A DNA stretch of 63,847 nucleotides, filler included, from Reticulomyxa filosa (GCA_000512085.1; 22 parts of 22 records of this genome joined end to end with filler, not necessarily neighbours in it), one strand, 5' to 3'; shown: positions 49,561 through 63,071, counted from the first letter of the whole stretch. Program-made: numbers and translations. The notes: a model not told the origin generated them from the letters alone.

Positions 49561-50767
49561 NNNNNNNNNNNNNNNNNNNNNNNNNNNNNNNNNNNNNNNN
49601 NNNNTTAATTAATTAANNNNNNNNNNNNNNNNNNNNNNNNNNNNNNNNNNNNNNNNNNNNTCTATAGTTTGTTTGTAGTCTGGAATGAAAATTCACACCA
49701 TTTATAGGTTGGCCCAATAACAAATTGACCTTTTTCCCAATCAGACACTTGACTTGAAGCGTTATGGATAGCACAAAGTTGGTCATTGATAATTCGTTGC
49801 AACTGCTCTCCAATATTTCACAACCATGTCGTTTGTTTGATCTATTTTTGTTTTTTTTACTTGTTTTTGGCATTTGATTCAGTCACCAATGTATATACAT
49901 ATACAAACACACAACACACAGACATTTGGTATTTGTCCACGATCACTTTGGTCCATTGCATATTCACTTCTCGGACGTCCAATTTAATACATTCGCCAGT
50001 CTTTGATATGATACCTCCACACACGAACGAGTTACCAACCTTCGGGCTCTATAACATTCAACACCCACATATATGTTTTAAACAAACAAACAAACAAAGA
50101 TAAAAACTTACTTAATTGATGTTATCCCGTGCGCGGGATACAATTACTTTTAAATATAAAAAAAAAAAATTATTTCAAATCTAATTTTTTTCATTTATCA
50201 TCTTTGTTCTTTGTTTTTTTTTTTCTTTTTCTTTTTTTCTTTTTCTTTTTCCTTTTTCTTTTTAGTGTCACTTTTTTTTTTTTATTATTACATTTATTTT
50301 TTTTCTTCCCCTTTTTTTTTCTTTTATTATTCTATTTTCTTCACAACTTATTCTTTTTTTTTCTTTTATTATTTCATTTTTTTTCATCCCTTGTTCTTTT
50401 TTTTCCACTTTTTCCCAACCCCCTTTCAATACAGGTACATACACTACAACGATTTTGCTGCTCACTGACCTATATGCACACAAAAAAGTTACTTTTATCA
50501 TCTTTTAAATAATAGACAAAAAAAAAAAATATTTGTAACTGTAATTTCATCTGCAAATAAATTCTTTTTCCTATAAAGATACTAACACACTTTTTTTTTA
50601 GGGATGGGGGACAAATAAACAAAAAAATAAAAGTATACATATGTTCTTTTTTTTTGAAGGGGAATCCTATTTAATCAAACAAACAAACAAACAACATCAC
50701 ATAACAAAACAATATCTATGTATATAAATAAATATAAACAGAACAGACCATTTTGTATCACTGAGGA

Positions 50768-50961
50768 CACGGGGGCGGAATTCAACCCCGATTTTCTTTT
50801 TTTTTGTATGTGAAGGGGATGGGATATATGGTAACGTGCATTGTGGACGGGGGACCTATGTTACACAACACACATCAAAAAACTTAAACATATTTTTAAA
50901 AAAAAAGACAAATATAACAAGCCTATGTTTCTCCTTTCGGAGACGGGGTGGTTTCTACCCC
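50768..50961. repeat. Degenerate dispersed element core, copy 2
   Basis: gga-a-ttcaacccc followed about 150 bp later by ctcctttcggagacgggg, as at 39438-39627. Confidence 0.5.
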
Positions 50962-52654
50962 GTTTTCTTTTTTCTTTTCATCACAGCTGGCTGCCCTATT
51001 TGAGCAACACCACAAGATATCTTTGCAATATGAACATAAATAAAAACACAAGATATTACCTTTATTGATATTTTTCAAGTGCAATTGGTAACCTCGCGCT
51101 TCGTCACACAGCTACGAGTATTATATTTCATTGTTCGCCTTCCATCTAGTTAGTTCAATCATTTGCGCCATTGTTTATCTATACAACAACAAAAACATAT
51201 CTTATTATTATTGCGGCGACAAAGATAAAATAAAAAATAACTTTGCAAGACCACATGGGTCACGATGTGCTTTTGGACAGACCATACCTTGTGGAAAGTA
51301 GCTCTGCAGCACAAAAAAGGTTTGGCATCACCACTGACTTGCAACTCGATTGCTCGTCAGTTGTGATTTGCACAAATCCTTCTTTGCGCTAACAGCGCTT
51401 CTACCACATAAGGCAGGTGCTGATCCATGACGATGATTGACTTTCCACCAAAATATGCACCAACACTTGCAGCTGATTGGGCAGATCAAAGTCGTCATTG
51501 TGGACAACATCATCCATGTTTCTTTTTTTGCGCCAAATCGTACGACCTGTCCATTTATTATTTTTTTTTTAAAAAAGTATTAAAAAAAAAAGAACATAAC
51601 ATTGAAGTATACAAAAGTATTTGAAAATTGCTTACCAATTGACTTGACTTGAATAATAGCGATTTGTAGTGCAAGGCAAAATTGCGAGTGTTGACGATGG
51701 CAGTTTGGACGGTGACGTTGGACTTTGAATATTTGTAATCTCCATTCTTTTTGACTGGAGCGTGATAAGTTGAAAATGCAGAATTGCTACCGTTGTATGC
51801 ATTATTGATAGCCAAATCCGTCGTTCGCGCCATCATAGTTCTGGAGCAATATATCACAACAAATGTTGTTTGCGCTCCTGTCTGCTAAACCATTTGCATA
51901 TCCCATTCGACTGTGGTGCGCTTATTACTATTACACCCACATCTACTTGAATGCTGGTACATACACTATGTTTTTGTTTTTTAAAAATACATTTTAAATC
52001 AAATCCATCATACGTACAATACATCCTCCCACTTACTTTTTCTTGCTGTACGTAAACCTCTCTTTTTTTTTTTTTTTCATGAACATTTTTTTTTTCTTTA
52101 GATCTTTCTGTCCCTGTTGTTTACCTGTATTTTGATTTGCAGTATGTTGATGAGTTGATTGAAGTTGTGCACATATCCATGGCCGGCGTTTTTGTGTACA
52201 TATTCTTATTGGACTGCATTGTGGTTATTTTGCTAATACGTATACTTGAGTGTTTCAATTGCACCGACATTTCTGTTACGTCGTCAAGGCATTGTGGACA
52301 TTTCACGCGTTTCAACGTATTTAATTTCCACATTTGGTTGACAGAGTGGTTGGCCAACTCATTCAATGATAACATTAATATACCCATGTAATTTTGATTA
52401 TTTGAATATATTGGGTCGTTTGAATTTGAGTTTTCTTTGACCACGTTGCTTGCACATGACATCATCAGAACTGCAGTTAAGACTTGCAGTATTATCCATA
52501 TAATTTCATCTACCAACGATGGCTTCATTTTGCCGTTGAAGTAGCCAAGCTTTGNNNNNNNNNNNNNNNNNNNNNNNNNNNNNNNNNNNNNNNNNNNNTT
52601 AATTAATTAANNNNNNNNNNNNNNNNNNNNNNNNNNNNNNNNNNNNNNNNNNNN

Positions 52655-53992
52655 AAGAAGAAGAAGAAGAAAAAGAAGAAGAAGAAGAAGAGGAGGAACA
52701 AGATGAGCAGCAAGACCAAGAGCAAGAAGAAGAAGAGGAAGAAGTGGAAGAAGAATACGACGAAGAAGATCATGACGAAGAAGATCACAACGAAGAAGAT
52801 CACAACGAAGAAGATCAAGAAGAGAACGACGACAACGAAGAAGAAATGAAAGATGAAGAGGAAGACATTGAAGAAATGGAAAAGAGACGAGACATGGGGA
52901 AAGACAATGAAAGCGAGGAGAGGGACGATATCGAAGTGGAGCGGAATAACTCGAGGAATTTGACTCACACATTTGTAGCACCACTGACAGTGTCATGGCT
53001 ACCAAGCACGCAAAACGCACTAGTCTCACAAAGACAGCGAGAGCTTTTGCACGGCACCTCCGCATTTGACACACCCAAGAGTACATTCAACCCTGTTCAA
53101 GTATCGAACAAATTATCCCCAAAGACTCAAACACCACAAATCGATGGACAAATTCTCCTTGCTGATTTAGCCAAAGATCCAACAGTTTATATTATATACA
53201 TTTATTTATTATTAACAATTTAAATTTACTATCAGTTGTTCACGTTTTTATGAAAACAAAAAAAAAAAAAGCGTGCAAAGACATTTGGCATGTCCGAATC
53301 TCAGTTGGAAGATGCAACGGAAGACTCGGTGGTGCAATCCCCAATGATATTGCCTGCTCCTTATCCCGGCATTATGAACTACGTACCTCAAACAATGAAC
53401 ACGAATGCATCCCCGTTCATTGCCAACATTGCTGAGAACGAGCCATACCAAAGGCCTGCGGTCACTATTGTCCGACATCCACACGACGAGTCTCCTTCTC
53501 AATGGACAGGGAGTGAATCGACACAATTCCCACAACCACTCTTTGCACGAAAGCTTCCCATTGCAACCAACGAGCCAGTTCAAATCGCAGGTCCGACAAC
53601 TCCATGCCCGATCTACCCTCGAGTCGCAATCGCGGTATCACGACAATTCGTCTTCAGTCCAGTACGCTCTGGACAAAGATCGACAGTCCCAAAAGTGGCC
53701 TCTGGCCATGCAATATCCAATCCCTGTATCGAGAATCAACATCCCTGACAATAGGACCTCTGCACCCTATCGTCTGCCCAATGCTGTCCACCCTGGCCAA
53801 GGTAGACCCGCCACCGTTTCCACCAACAATGGAGGATACCAAACTACTACGAATACGCACAATTGGAATGTTGATCCCTTAGATCATGATCGTGATCTAA
53901 CCGAGTCTGGCACTCAAACCTTCTCCTTATTGCAAGGACAGATGGCTTTGAGCGGAAAAAATCGTATCAAAGCACCACCTTCACTGGCAAAA
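52655..53992 (+). CDS. Acidic, low-complexity hypothetical protein, 5'-truncated, with an apparent frameshift near 53615
   Basis: E/D-rich exon with EEDHN repeats, intron at about 53186-53280, then a P/S/T-rich exon that continues in a second frame. Confidence 0.45.
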
Positions 53993-55530
53993 GTTCATCA
54001 TTTTTATGTATACGTATGTGGATGTGTAACTCTTAAAAAATCTGAAAAATATTTTTTTGTTTGTTTGTTTTATCTTTTTAATTATTCAAAAAAAAAAAAA
54101 AAAGGAAGCCGTTCGATCCACAAGGGGGAGACTCGGGTGCAATAACACGAGAACATACGTTAGGTGACTTAACAGAGACACATCGAACCAATACACACGC
54201 CGACGTGCTCTCCCAACAATTTGAAAATGAAGATTTCGGAACAAAACAACATGTTGTTTCACTTTGAATCGGAAATGCTTAACATTATTTTAAAAATTTT
54301 TTTTTAGCCAATTCAAAATTCTTTTTTCTTTTTCCTCTAATTAGACCATATGGCTCTTGAAATCGTTTTCGTTAGGGACTTAATTCTGTGTACATTAATG
54401 GTCATTCTTTTTTTTTCCAGAGACTTTGTTTTTATTTTGCTTGTTGGCACTGTGTGTATGTTATATTGTTTCTGTCTTCCTAAGTGATGTTTATTTTTTG
54501 GCACAAAAAACCAGCATTTTTCGACAAGCAACAAAATATTACTTTTTTCTTTAGATTAGATTTTTGGAACTTTTCACCAGCTATCATTTTTTTGTTAATT
54601 GAGAAAATAAATAATTAATACTGACAAAGATTCTCAACCATTTCAAAATTTCAACTTTTTAAACTATAGCAAATAAAATTAGAATTTGTGAAAAAGATCA
54701 TTTATTTTGATTTTCACACAAATAATTTATAGAGCACAAATCTTTTCTCTTTTAATGGAAAATCAAAAAATTACACTGGACCAAAAGTCAATCGTGTTTA
54801 ACAAAGTTACCTGTGCGTCATTTCATTTTGCTATTTTTAACCAAAACCACAGCAAAAGCCCGGTTAAGACGCGAAATTTCGCAGTTTTTTTTTTTAAGTC
54901 AGAAGTGCAAAAAAACACCCCGTTTTTTTTTGGGGCATCAATAAAGCAATCTCAAAAGTAGCTATTAGTGAATAATTGTCAAGACCACAATAAACAAATT
55001 CATACAAACCATTTCCTAATATAAAAAAATGAGTGATTCACCAGCGGACACAGGTTTGTTGTTGTGCAATTGTTTCGCTGTTTTACACGAAAGGCTTGTA
55101 CAATGATGATTTGTTGTTTTTGTCTCAACCTTTGCAATCTGATGGCATCTTCAACTCCAATGACAAACTTGGCAAAACTGTGTTTCCATTATTATCCATA
55201 CACCGCTTAATAACAATTCATTGTGTGTGATTCCTATGTTGTGGGATTTCGTTCGACCCGCAATTTTTTTTGGTTTGTACTAAATTGCTTGAGGGAAAAA
55301 AACTTCGGATTTGCGGGATTTTTTTTGTTTTATGTTGAGCAAACAAAGCAATGAAAAAAAGTTGTTTGGAGTGTGTTGTCCATTTTTTTGGAAAGCCCAT
55401 TGAAAATTGAAGTTAACTTTGTGTGTGTGTNNNNNNNNNNNNNNNNNNNNNNNNNNNNNNNNNNNNNNNNNNNNTTAATTAATTAANNNNNNNNNNNNNN
55501 NNNNNNNNNNNNNNNNNNNNNNNNNNNNNN

Positions 55531-57422
55531 TATCATTACTCAATTGATTGATTTCATTTGGAGCAATCGAGAACATCGATTGACATTGAACAAAGTAAGG
55601 GGATCACTTGTATACAGGCCCTGTTGTAACATATTGAAAGGATTGGACCCGTTGTTGAACGAAGCCATCAAAGATATGTTGAGGGATGTGTACACATTTG
55701 CGTCTCAAAGTTATCAAGTCAGTAATGACAAAATTAGATACAAAGACCAAAACAGTATTTCCTACAATGTTCGCTATGGATACAAGACTTTGTTTGCATA
55801 TACTATCACGAACACGAACAAACTAAGATTAGTGATGAAAGATTTAAACAAAATGTCTTTATTTCCTTTCAAATTGGCAATTTCTCTTATGCAGAGGTTC
55901 CCAAAAAGTTTTGTTGCGTCATGGGGGTAAGTGGAACATTGACGACATTAAGCGAAATTGAAAAAAATGTGTATATCGTCTTTGTTTGGCAAGCATAAGC
56001 TTACCTTTGCAGAAAAAAATGATATTATCATTGAAGATGAAAGCATCTACTTTAATGCATTAAAAACAGAAATTGACTACAGACTTGCTGGAAGAATGGA
56101 GGGGATTCCATAAATCATTGAACGAGTTTTACGAATCCGTTGACTTTGCGCCAATGAAGAACACTGCAATTGTGATGACGAAAGAGAATTCTTTTGCAGA
56201 AAAAGGATCTTTGATAAAACGTGCCAATACTTCTGGTCAAATTGGACTATTCACCAAATCATTTGGAAGAGGAACTGACTTTGCCTGTCATGACCAAATT
56301 ATTGCCGCTAATGGTGAGCCCCATGTGATTCAGGCCTTTCTTTCGGAGAAATTATCCGAAGAAACGCAAATTAAAGGACGTACTGACAGGCAAGGAGGTT
56401 CTGACTCTTATAGTTTGGTTTTGTGTGAAAAGGCAATGTAAAGATTTTTGATTACCAAAAATGACATCGAAAAAGCACGAAGAGAATGGAATCTTTATTC
56501 CATGCTCAACAGTAGCCGAAACCGTTTTTTCAGTACGCAATATGAAGATAGCAAAAAATATGTGGCAAATGCTGCAATATAGCACAAAGCGAGCGAGACA
56601 TTGACTACAGCGTTGAAGGACAGTGATGTCACTACGATAAAGAAAATGTTATGTGAACAAAATCGGGGGACGGACGAGAAAAAATATGTACGTACAATGG
56701 TTTTTATGGATGCAACTGGATCTATGTCTCACTTGCTACAAAAAAGCAAACATTCTGTAAGCACTATGTTTGAGCGTATCAATGTCATTTTGGAGGAAAA
56801 TAACTCTCCCAACAGCTTTGAAATGCAATTCGTTGTTTATCTGAAATTACAATGCACCAGAGGATATGCTCTTGCAGATTTCTCCTTGGGAATCCAAACC
56901 TGAGGGTCTACGTAGCTTTATGGGGAAAGTACAGCCACGCTATGGGGATGGAAATGAGGCAATTGAGGCTATCTTAGCTTACGTCAACAGAGAACTTGAA
57001 ACATATTATATTTCTCAAGTCATTTTGATTGGTGATGCACCACCAAATACCCAAAGGGAAATGAAAGAAATAAGAAGAAACAGTAGACACGAAACATCGA
57101 CCGGAAAAATACAAAATTATTTTCGCATCTGACATATTTTAAAGATGAGTTGCGACAATTGATGAGCTGTAATATTCTAGTTCATGCATTTTTTATTTGT
57201 GAAAGAGCAGAACAAAGTTTTAGAGAAATAGCTCGTGTCACAAACGGCAGATGCGAGAAATTAGACATTAATTCAGAAAAGGGCTCAGATCAATTGACAA
57301 ACTTGGTTTCTGATGAAGTTCTCAGAAATATTGGAGGTTCGAAAGGAGATACTCTCGTAGATGCATATAAGAAAAAGTTTTCTAAATCTTGTACTGCACA
57401 AATATTGTTCTTTTTATTCTAA
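55531..57422 (+). pseudogene. SecA-like SF2 ATPase C-terminal region fused to a vWA domain, disrupted
   Basis: GVSGTL, LFTKSFGRGTDF, HVIQAFLSEKLSEETQIKGRTDRQG (SecA-type motifs III, V and VI). Then TMVFMDATGSM, GNEAIE, VILIGDAPPN (vWA MIDAS). Several stops and frameshifts. Confidence 0.75.
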
Positions 57423-58344
57423 ATATGCTTTGCGACTTTGTTCATTACATTTATGTGGAAATATTTCCACTTCATTGTTCCATTTTTAGTTTCTCTAGAG
57501 ATATTGTATTTCAATTACAAAAAGGACAACACTTAATTAACTATCTAGATGTTTCCATGGGGTATAGCAAATCAGAGATTGTGCCAATTGTGAAACAATC
57601 ATTTACAAAATTTTGCAAAAACTACCTTGCAAATGTTTGCAATTTATTCATGAAAACTCAAGATTTCTTTAAAAAAATTTTAACAATAACATTTTAAAAA
57701 TATTTAAAATATTGTAATCTAATATGAATTTACAAAATTTCAGTATGAAAAAAAGATTGCTCATTAACATGACAAGTTTCACTTATATGTTTCTATTTTT
57801 GTAAACTTGAGATAGTGTGGATATGTCAAAAAATTTGCTTTCTATGTCGCATAGTTTTTGAGATAATCTTATCTTTTAATCTATATGGCAGTCAAAAAAG
57901 AATGATTTCACATATTGTAACTAAACCAAAAGAAATATAAGTGTTCCAACTATACAACATAGAAACTATTTTTTTGGACATATCTACATCATCAAAAGTT
58001 TACACAACCACCTTGACCTTTATCTTTTTCTTTTTCCAATGATGATCATCAATAATTCTTGAATCGACTTAGCTTCGTTGGCATTTTCTACATTTTTTTT
58101 ATTGTCATTTTCGTTATCGTTTTCATTCAAGTCTGTGCCAGTTTCTTTGTTTGATCTTTTTTCTTTTTTTTTGTCTTTGTCACCACTATAGAAATCATAT
58201 CATATGCTCAAATGGTTCAATAAAAAAACAACAATGACNNNNNNNNNNNNNNNNNNNNNNNNNNNNNNNNNNNNNNNNNNNNTTAATTAATTAANNNNNN
58301 NNNNNNNNNNNNNNNNNNNNNNNNNNNNNNNNNNNNNNAAAAAA

Positions 58345-59889
58345 AGGAGAAATCATCGAAAAGAGATAAAGTAATAGCGGAGATTGAGAGAATGGCGTGC
58401 GAGTGGGTGCAGATGGTGTCGCGTTCGAAAGGAATTGAGGACACCTCGCAGAAGGCATTTGTATGTAGCTATGGCTCATATTCATTGGGCGTACATTTGG
58501 ACTCTTCTGATATTGATTTATTATGTATTGCGCCCGTTCACGTCACTTCGCATGACTTCTTCACTCATTTTCTTCACTCTTTACAGTGCAATCCCAATAT
58601 TTCCAATATTCTAGTTTCTTAATTGCAATTACATTATATATACATATATATATATAAGTGTATATATATATATGTATACACTTATATATATATGTATATA
58701 TGTATATCGAATGGATAACTTAAATAAACCAAACAAACAATAATCAGAGTATTCCAACGGCATTTATCCCATTGTTAAAATTCACATATCAGGACATTGA
58801 AGTGGATATGGTGTTTGGACAATGGAACGAAGAAGTTATCGACCTGACCACTTTTGATTTATCTGACGACTACATCTTTCCAAACAAGGAGTCCATCATG
58901 AGTGTCAACGGTTTGGTTTTCATTTTCAATATTTTCACATATAAATAGATGTACATGCAATTCAGCTCTATTCATAATGCATAAAAAAGGGAGGAGCGTT
59001 TGTGCAAAAAAAAAAAAAAAAAAATAATAGAAAAAAAATATGTGAATTTGGAATAATGAAAGGTGCAAGGATAACTCAATGGATAAAAAAAGCAAGTCCC
59101 CAATTGGGCTGTCTTCCAAAAGTCCCTTCGTATTATCAAATTTTGGGCTCAACGTTGTGTTTTTTTTTTTTTTTTGGGGAAAAAAAAAAAAAAATAAGTT
59201 GGATTAATTTTTAAATGAGCCGTTAATAATTTGGGAAAAAACAAAAAATAGAGAAATGTATATATTCGAATGTATTAGGTTATTTAGGTGGCATTTCATG
59301 GACAATAATGGTAGCCCATATTTGTCAAAAGTATCCCAATGCCAGTGTTGCGGTGATCATTACACATTTTTTTCAGTTTTGATAATCCACGTTGCTACGT
59401 CTTTTTTTTTTTAAAAAAAAAAAAGAATATATACACACATGTACAAAAAAAAAAAAAAATGAATCTAGTACGTTTGCGTCATGGAAATTTGAATCGATTG
59501 AACCGATCCCAATAATGATAAACCAGTTAAAATTTGACGAGGACGAGACAGGATGGGGCTGGAGACCGGATACGAGCAAGCAGGATTGGATGGTGATATT
59601 GACCCCTCTTCATCCAATGATCAACTGTGCTCATAATGTGATCGAGCCTACGTATAATGTGATTATGTCGGAGCTGCGCGCTGCCGATGTCATCATTGGC
59701 AAGAGATCACACTGCATCGATGGCACCGTAGACGTGATCAATGTGGCCTTGTGGAAGTCGCTCTTTCGACCTAATCAATTCTTCAAGCTTCGACATGCCT
59801 TCTTTTATACACATTCAATGCTCCGCTTCCTCTTCATCCCATCGAAGAATCTGGTTTTTATTTCTGTTTTTTTTTTTTTAAGTACTTAA
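58345..59889 (+). CDS. PAPOLA: Canonical nuclear poly(A) polymerase, internal fragment (5 exons)
   Basis: YGSYSLGVHLDSSDIDLLC, AFIPLLKF..IEVDMVF, SVN|GARIT, SLRIIKFWA, IYSNVLGYLGGISW..MVAHICQKYPNA, MVILTPLHPMINCAHNV. One extra A in the 59085-59091 homopolymer breaks the frame, probably a sequencing error. Confidence 0.9.
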
Positions 59890-60044
59890 GGGTCCCCTTT
59901 TTCAAGACAGTGTAACCCTTTTTTTTTTTTTGAGGTATATATTCNNNNNNNNNNNNNNNNNNNNNNNNNNNNNNNNNNNNNNNNNNNNTTAATTAATTAA
60001 NNNNNNNNNNNNNNNNNNNNNNNNNNNNNNNNNNNNNNNNNNNN

Positions 60045-61727
60045 GTCGTCGTCGTCGTCCATTCGACGGACCTTTGTTGTCGAGCAAACCCAAATACAAC
60101 AATGATGACAACAACTTGTCATCATCATTATCATTATCATCGAAGAAAAACGAAGAGGAAGGGGGAGGGGATCACGAAGACAAGAAGGAAGAAAAAGAAA
60201 CACTACAACAAGAAGAGAAAGAAGGGAGTTTGAATTGGAAGCAAGACATATCAAGAGAAGAGTATGAACAAATAATGGATATGGTATTGAAAGATGTCAA
60301 CATGTTTGAAAACTATGTCACGCCGATTGTGTGGAGTGCCATTCAAAGACTATATGCACCCAATCCGAAAATCGTGGAATGCCTAAAAGTTGGACTGGAA
60401 CGAAATCCCTTGGCCACTCTTAGCGTGTTGCTCCCGAGACTGGAGGAACGACAAGCCGAATGGAAGCGAGAACGACAACGTGCTCGAACTACGTATATTG
60501 AAACTGCACATCGTTGCCATATCAAAGCGTGCGATTTCAGACCAATTTTAAAACCCAAGATCGTAAGCAAACCAATCCGAGACATCTTTGGAACGAATTG
60601 ATATCCGCGCAATGCCAAATCAACCCACACATATCTGCGGAACTGAGAAAACATTATCAGTTTCGACGCAACAAATCGGCGGAATGGATGGAAGACAAAA
60701 AGTATAAGCAATGCGAACTGTACTCACCAATCGCCAGTCCGTCCACTTTGACGCCGTCGTGTTTGCATATCCTGCCGAGGTTTTGTCGCACCTATCAAAA
60801 GATTGTGGCTCATCTGGGGGCTGCCCATTTGTTCCCTTACTCTAAACATGATCAAAAAACTCTGGTCATGGCACGTGGCCCTACGATGACGACGACGACG
60901 ACGACGACAACGACGACGACGGCAAATCGAGGTGATCACGCGGATGAACGCGATGACGATGATGGCAATAATGATGACAATGACAATGACAATGACAATA
61001 GTAATGATGCCGACTATGATGTATCAATCCATGACTTGACTAGTCACGACAATAATGATTGTGACTACAATGACAATCATGGTAACGACGATGAGCGTGG
61101 AAATGACAATGACAATGATAATGACAATAACAATGATAATAATAATGCAATGCGGAACAATGGACACAACGAAAACGACAACAAGACAAGATCGCCTCAT
61201 AACAAATGTCGGAAGCAAATGCAATGCTCGAGAAAGTATGTAAAGGTAAACGAAATCGGCAATTGCTATTTCAATTTTGCAATGCGAATGGATATGAAAG
61301 ATATCGGTCCTGAAGACACTCACGAACATTGTTGGAACTTGTTGTCGGATTACATGAGCATTCATCTTCCTGATCAACAACAGCACGTTACTATTTTTTT
61401 AATGTTGACTATTATTCAACATATCCAAATTCATTCGTTTGTTTGTGTATTGCATGCAATTAACAGTTTGTGGAATTTTGGACGAACTTTATGTTTCTAT
61501 TCTTTCAAGTGTCCCTGAATTACAACACGTCTTTTCCCGAATCCAAGTATGCATTCATTACGCCGATGCACTCGAATACCAACAAAGAAGCGACTCCTCC
61601 CATTGACTCGTCTATCAATATTGTCAATATTCATTCCAATGGCACAGCCAATGCGAATATACAAACAAGTATCAATGAAAATGAAATTCAAAGTATAAGT
61701 ATAAACTCAAATGCAAATGCAAATGCA
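60045..61727 (+). CDS. SIN3: SIN3-like corepressor, internal fragment with an apparent frameshift near 60538
   Basis: AIQRLY...GLERNPLATLSVLLPRLEERQAEWKRER...HIKACDF then (second frame) TNFKTQDRKQTNPRHLWNEL. This parallels SIN3 IxRIYG...NPxxAVPxVLxRLKxKxEEW...KSLDHQxxxFKxxDxK. A later exon has FWTNFMFLFF. Confidence 0.7.
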
Positions 61728-62119
61728 NNNNNNNNNNNNNNNNNNNNNNNNNNNNNNNNNNNNNNNNNNNNTTAATTAATTAANNNNNNNNNNNNNNNNN
61801 NNNNNNNNNNNNNNNNNNNNNNNNNNNATTTTTTTTTATTTTAAAAAAAAATTAGGTCTAAAGGTTTTTTTTTTGGTTTCCACAATTCTTTTTTTTATAA
61901 AAAAAAGCTTGCATATATACATATCTGTACATATATGATTATTATAGCAATGCAAGATGTGAACACGATTCAATTACAAGATACAAAAGAAGACTAAAAC
62001 ATCGTATTTGTTGTACATTATATAGATTTTGATTATTGTGTATATATACATAGATATATCATCAAAAAAAAATTATTTAGATTATTCTGCAAAATAATCA
62101 AAATAATAATAATAATAGA

Positions 62120-62480
62120 TTCAAGCGCAAATGAAAGAAGCCATGCATAGCCAACAAAAATTGTAGGGTATACAAGACTATCGCCAAAAGGAATATACTT
62201 ACGCAAAAACCCGTTGTGACGAGGTAATGACAAATGTGCTGCAAAAAATGGAAGCGAACGAATTGGTAAGAATCCAAACAGTTGGAGATTGTTTGCGCAA
62301 ATGGGTTGTTTCACCAATAACATTTGTATCAATCGTAATTACTTTATTTAGCATGTTACACAACCTATATCATTAATCAATCTAGTTTATATATACAAAA
62401 AGAGAAACCTCTAGATGAAATGATTTTTTTTAACGGGGAACATTAGGACAATGATTTACAAATATTCATTGAAGAGGTGA
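62120..62480 (+). pseudogene. Possible F-BAR domain exon remnants
   Basis: YTYAKTRCDEVMTNVLQKMEANELVRIQTVGDCLRKWVV and DNDLQIFIEE resemble the C-terminal helices of F-BAR domains. In-frame stops are present. Confidence 0.3.
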
Positions 62481-62604
62481 GAAGCAAATGTCAATCAGTC
62501 AGCAAGAGCACTGGCCGCGCAAAGAAACAGCGATGTAACACGAAGACACAGTAATATTGTCGGACAATTGAATGCAAATGAATTAAATATTGGATCTAAA
62601 ATAA

Positions 62605-63071
62605 ATCAAAATCCATTTATCAAACAATTTTTCGATAAACATTGGATATTACAATCAAATACAGAAGACCAAATACAAAATTTTATTTGTATGATTTGCA
62701 AATAAGTCGCAAATGAACCAGTTGAAATTGTTTGTCATAAGAATAATGATATTGATGAAGTATTAGTTATTTGAGAGAATTGTTTAAAAAAATTCCTCAG
62801 TAATAATAAGAATAATTGTCCTCAGCAACATTGTGAATGCAAATATATGAAGGGAAAGTTAGGCAAAGCTCAAATTGACCAATTAAAGGTGGTATGTCCA
62901 AGACAGATGCAAACAGATAAATATATTATTTTGTGTGACTTTAAAGGACAAATCAAATTTTTAAATGAACAGTTATATAAAAACTGCACATTTAAAGAAT
63001 ATTGCTGGTTTAAATTATTTGGATGTAATAATAAATGTGATATAAATAGAACCGAAAATATTTTAAATTAG
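62605..63071 (+). pseudogene. RING plus TRAF-type zinc-finger protein pseudogene
   Basis: FICMICK*VANEPVEIVC...VI*ENCLKKFL...NCPQQH...LKVVCP...CDFKGQI...C...CWFKLFGC. TAA at 62703 and TGA at 62772. Confidence 0.75.

Noticed and set aside
51159-52554. Exon-like minus-strand blocks
   Set aside because: Probably a decayed gene, but no consistent frame or recognisable motif was found.
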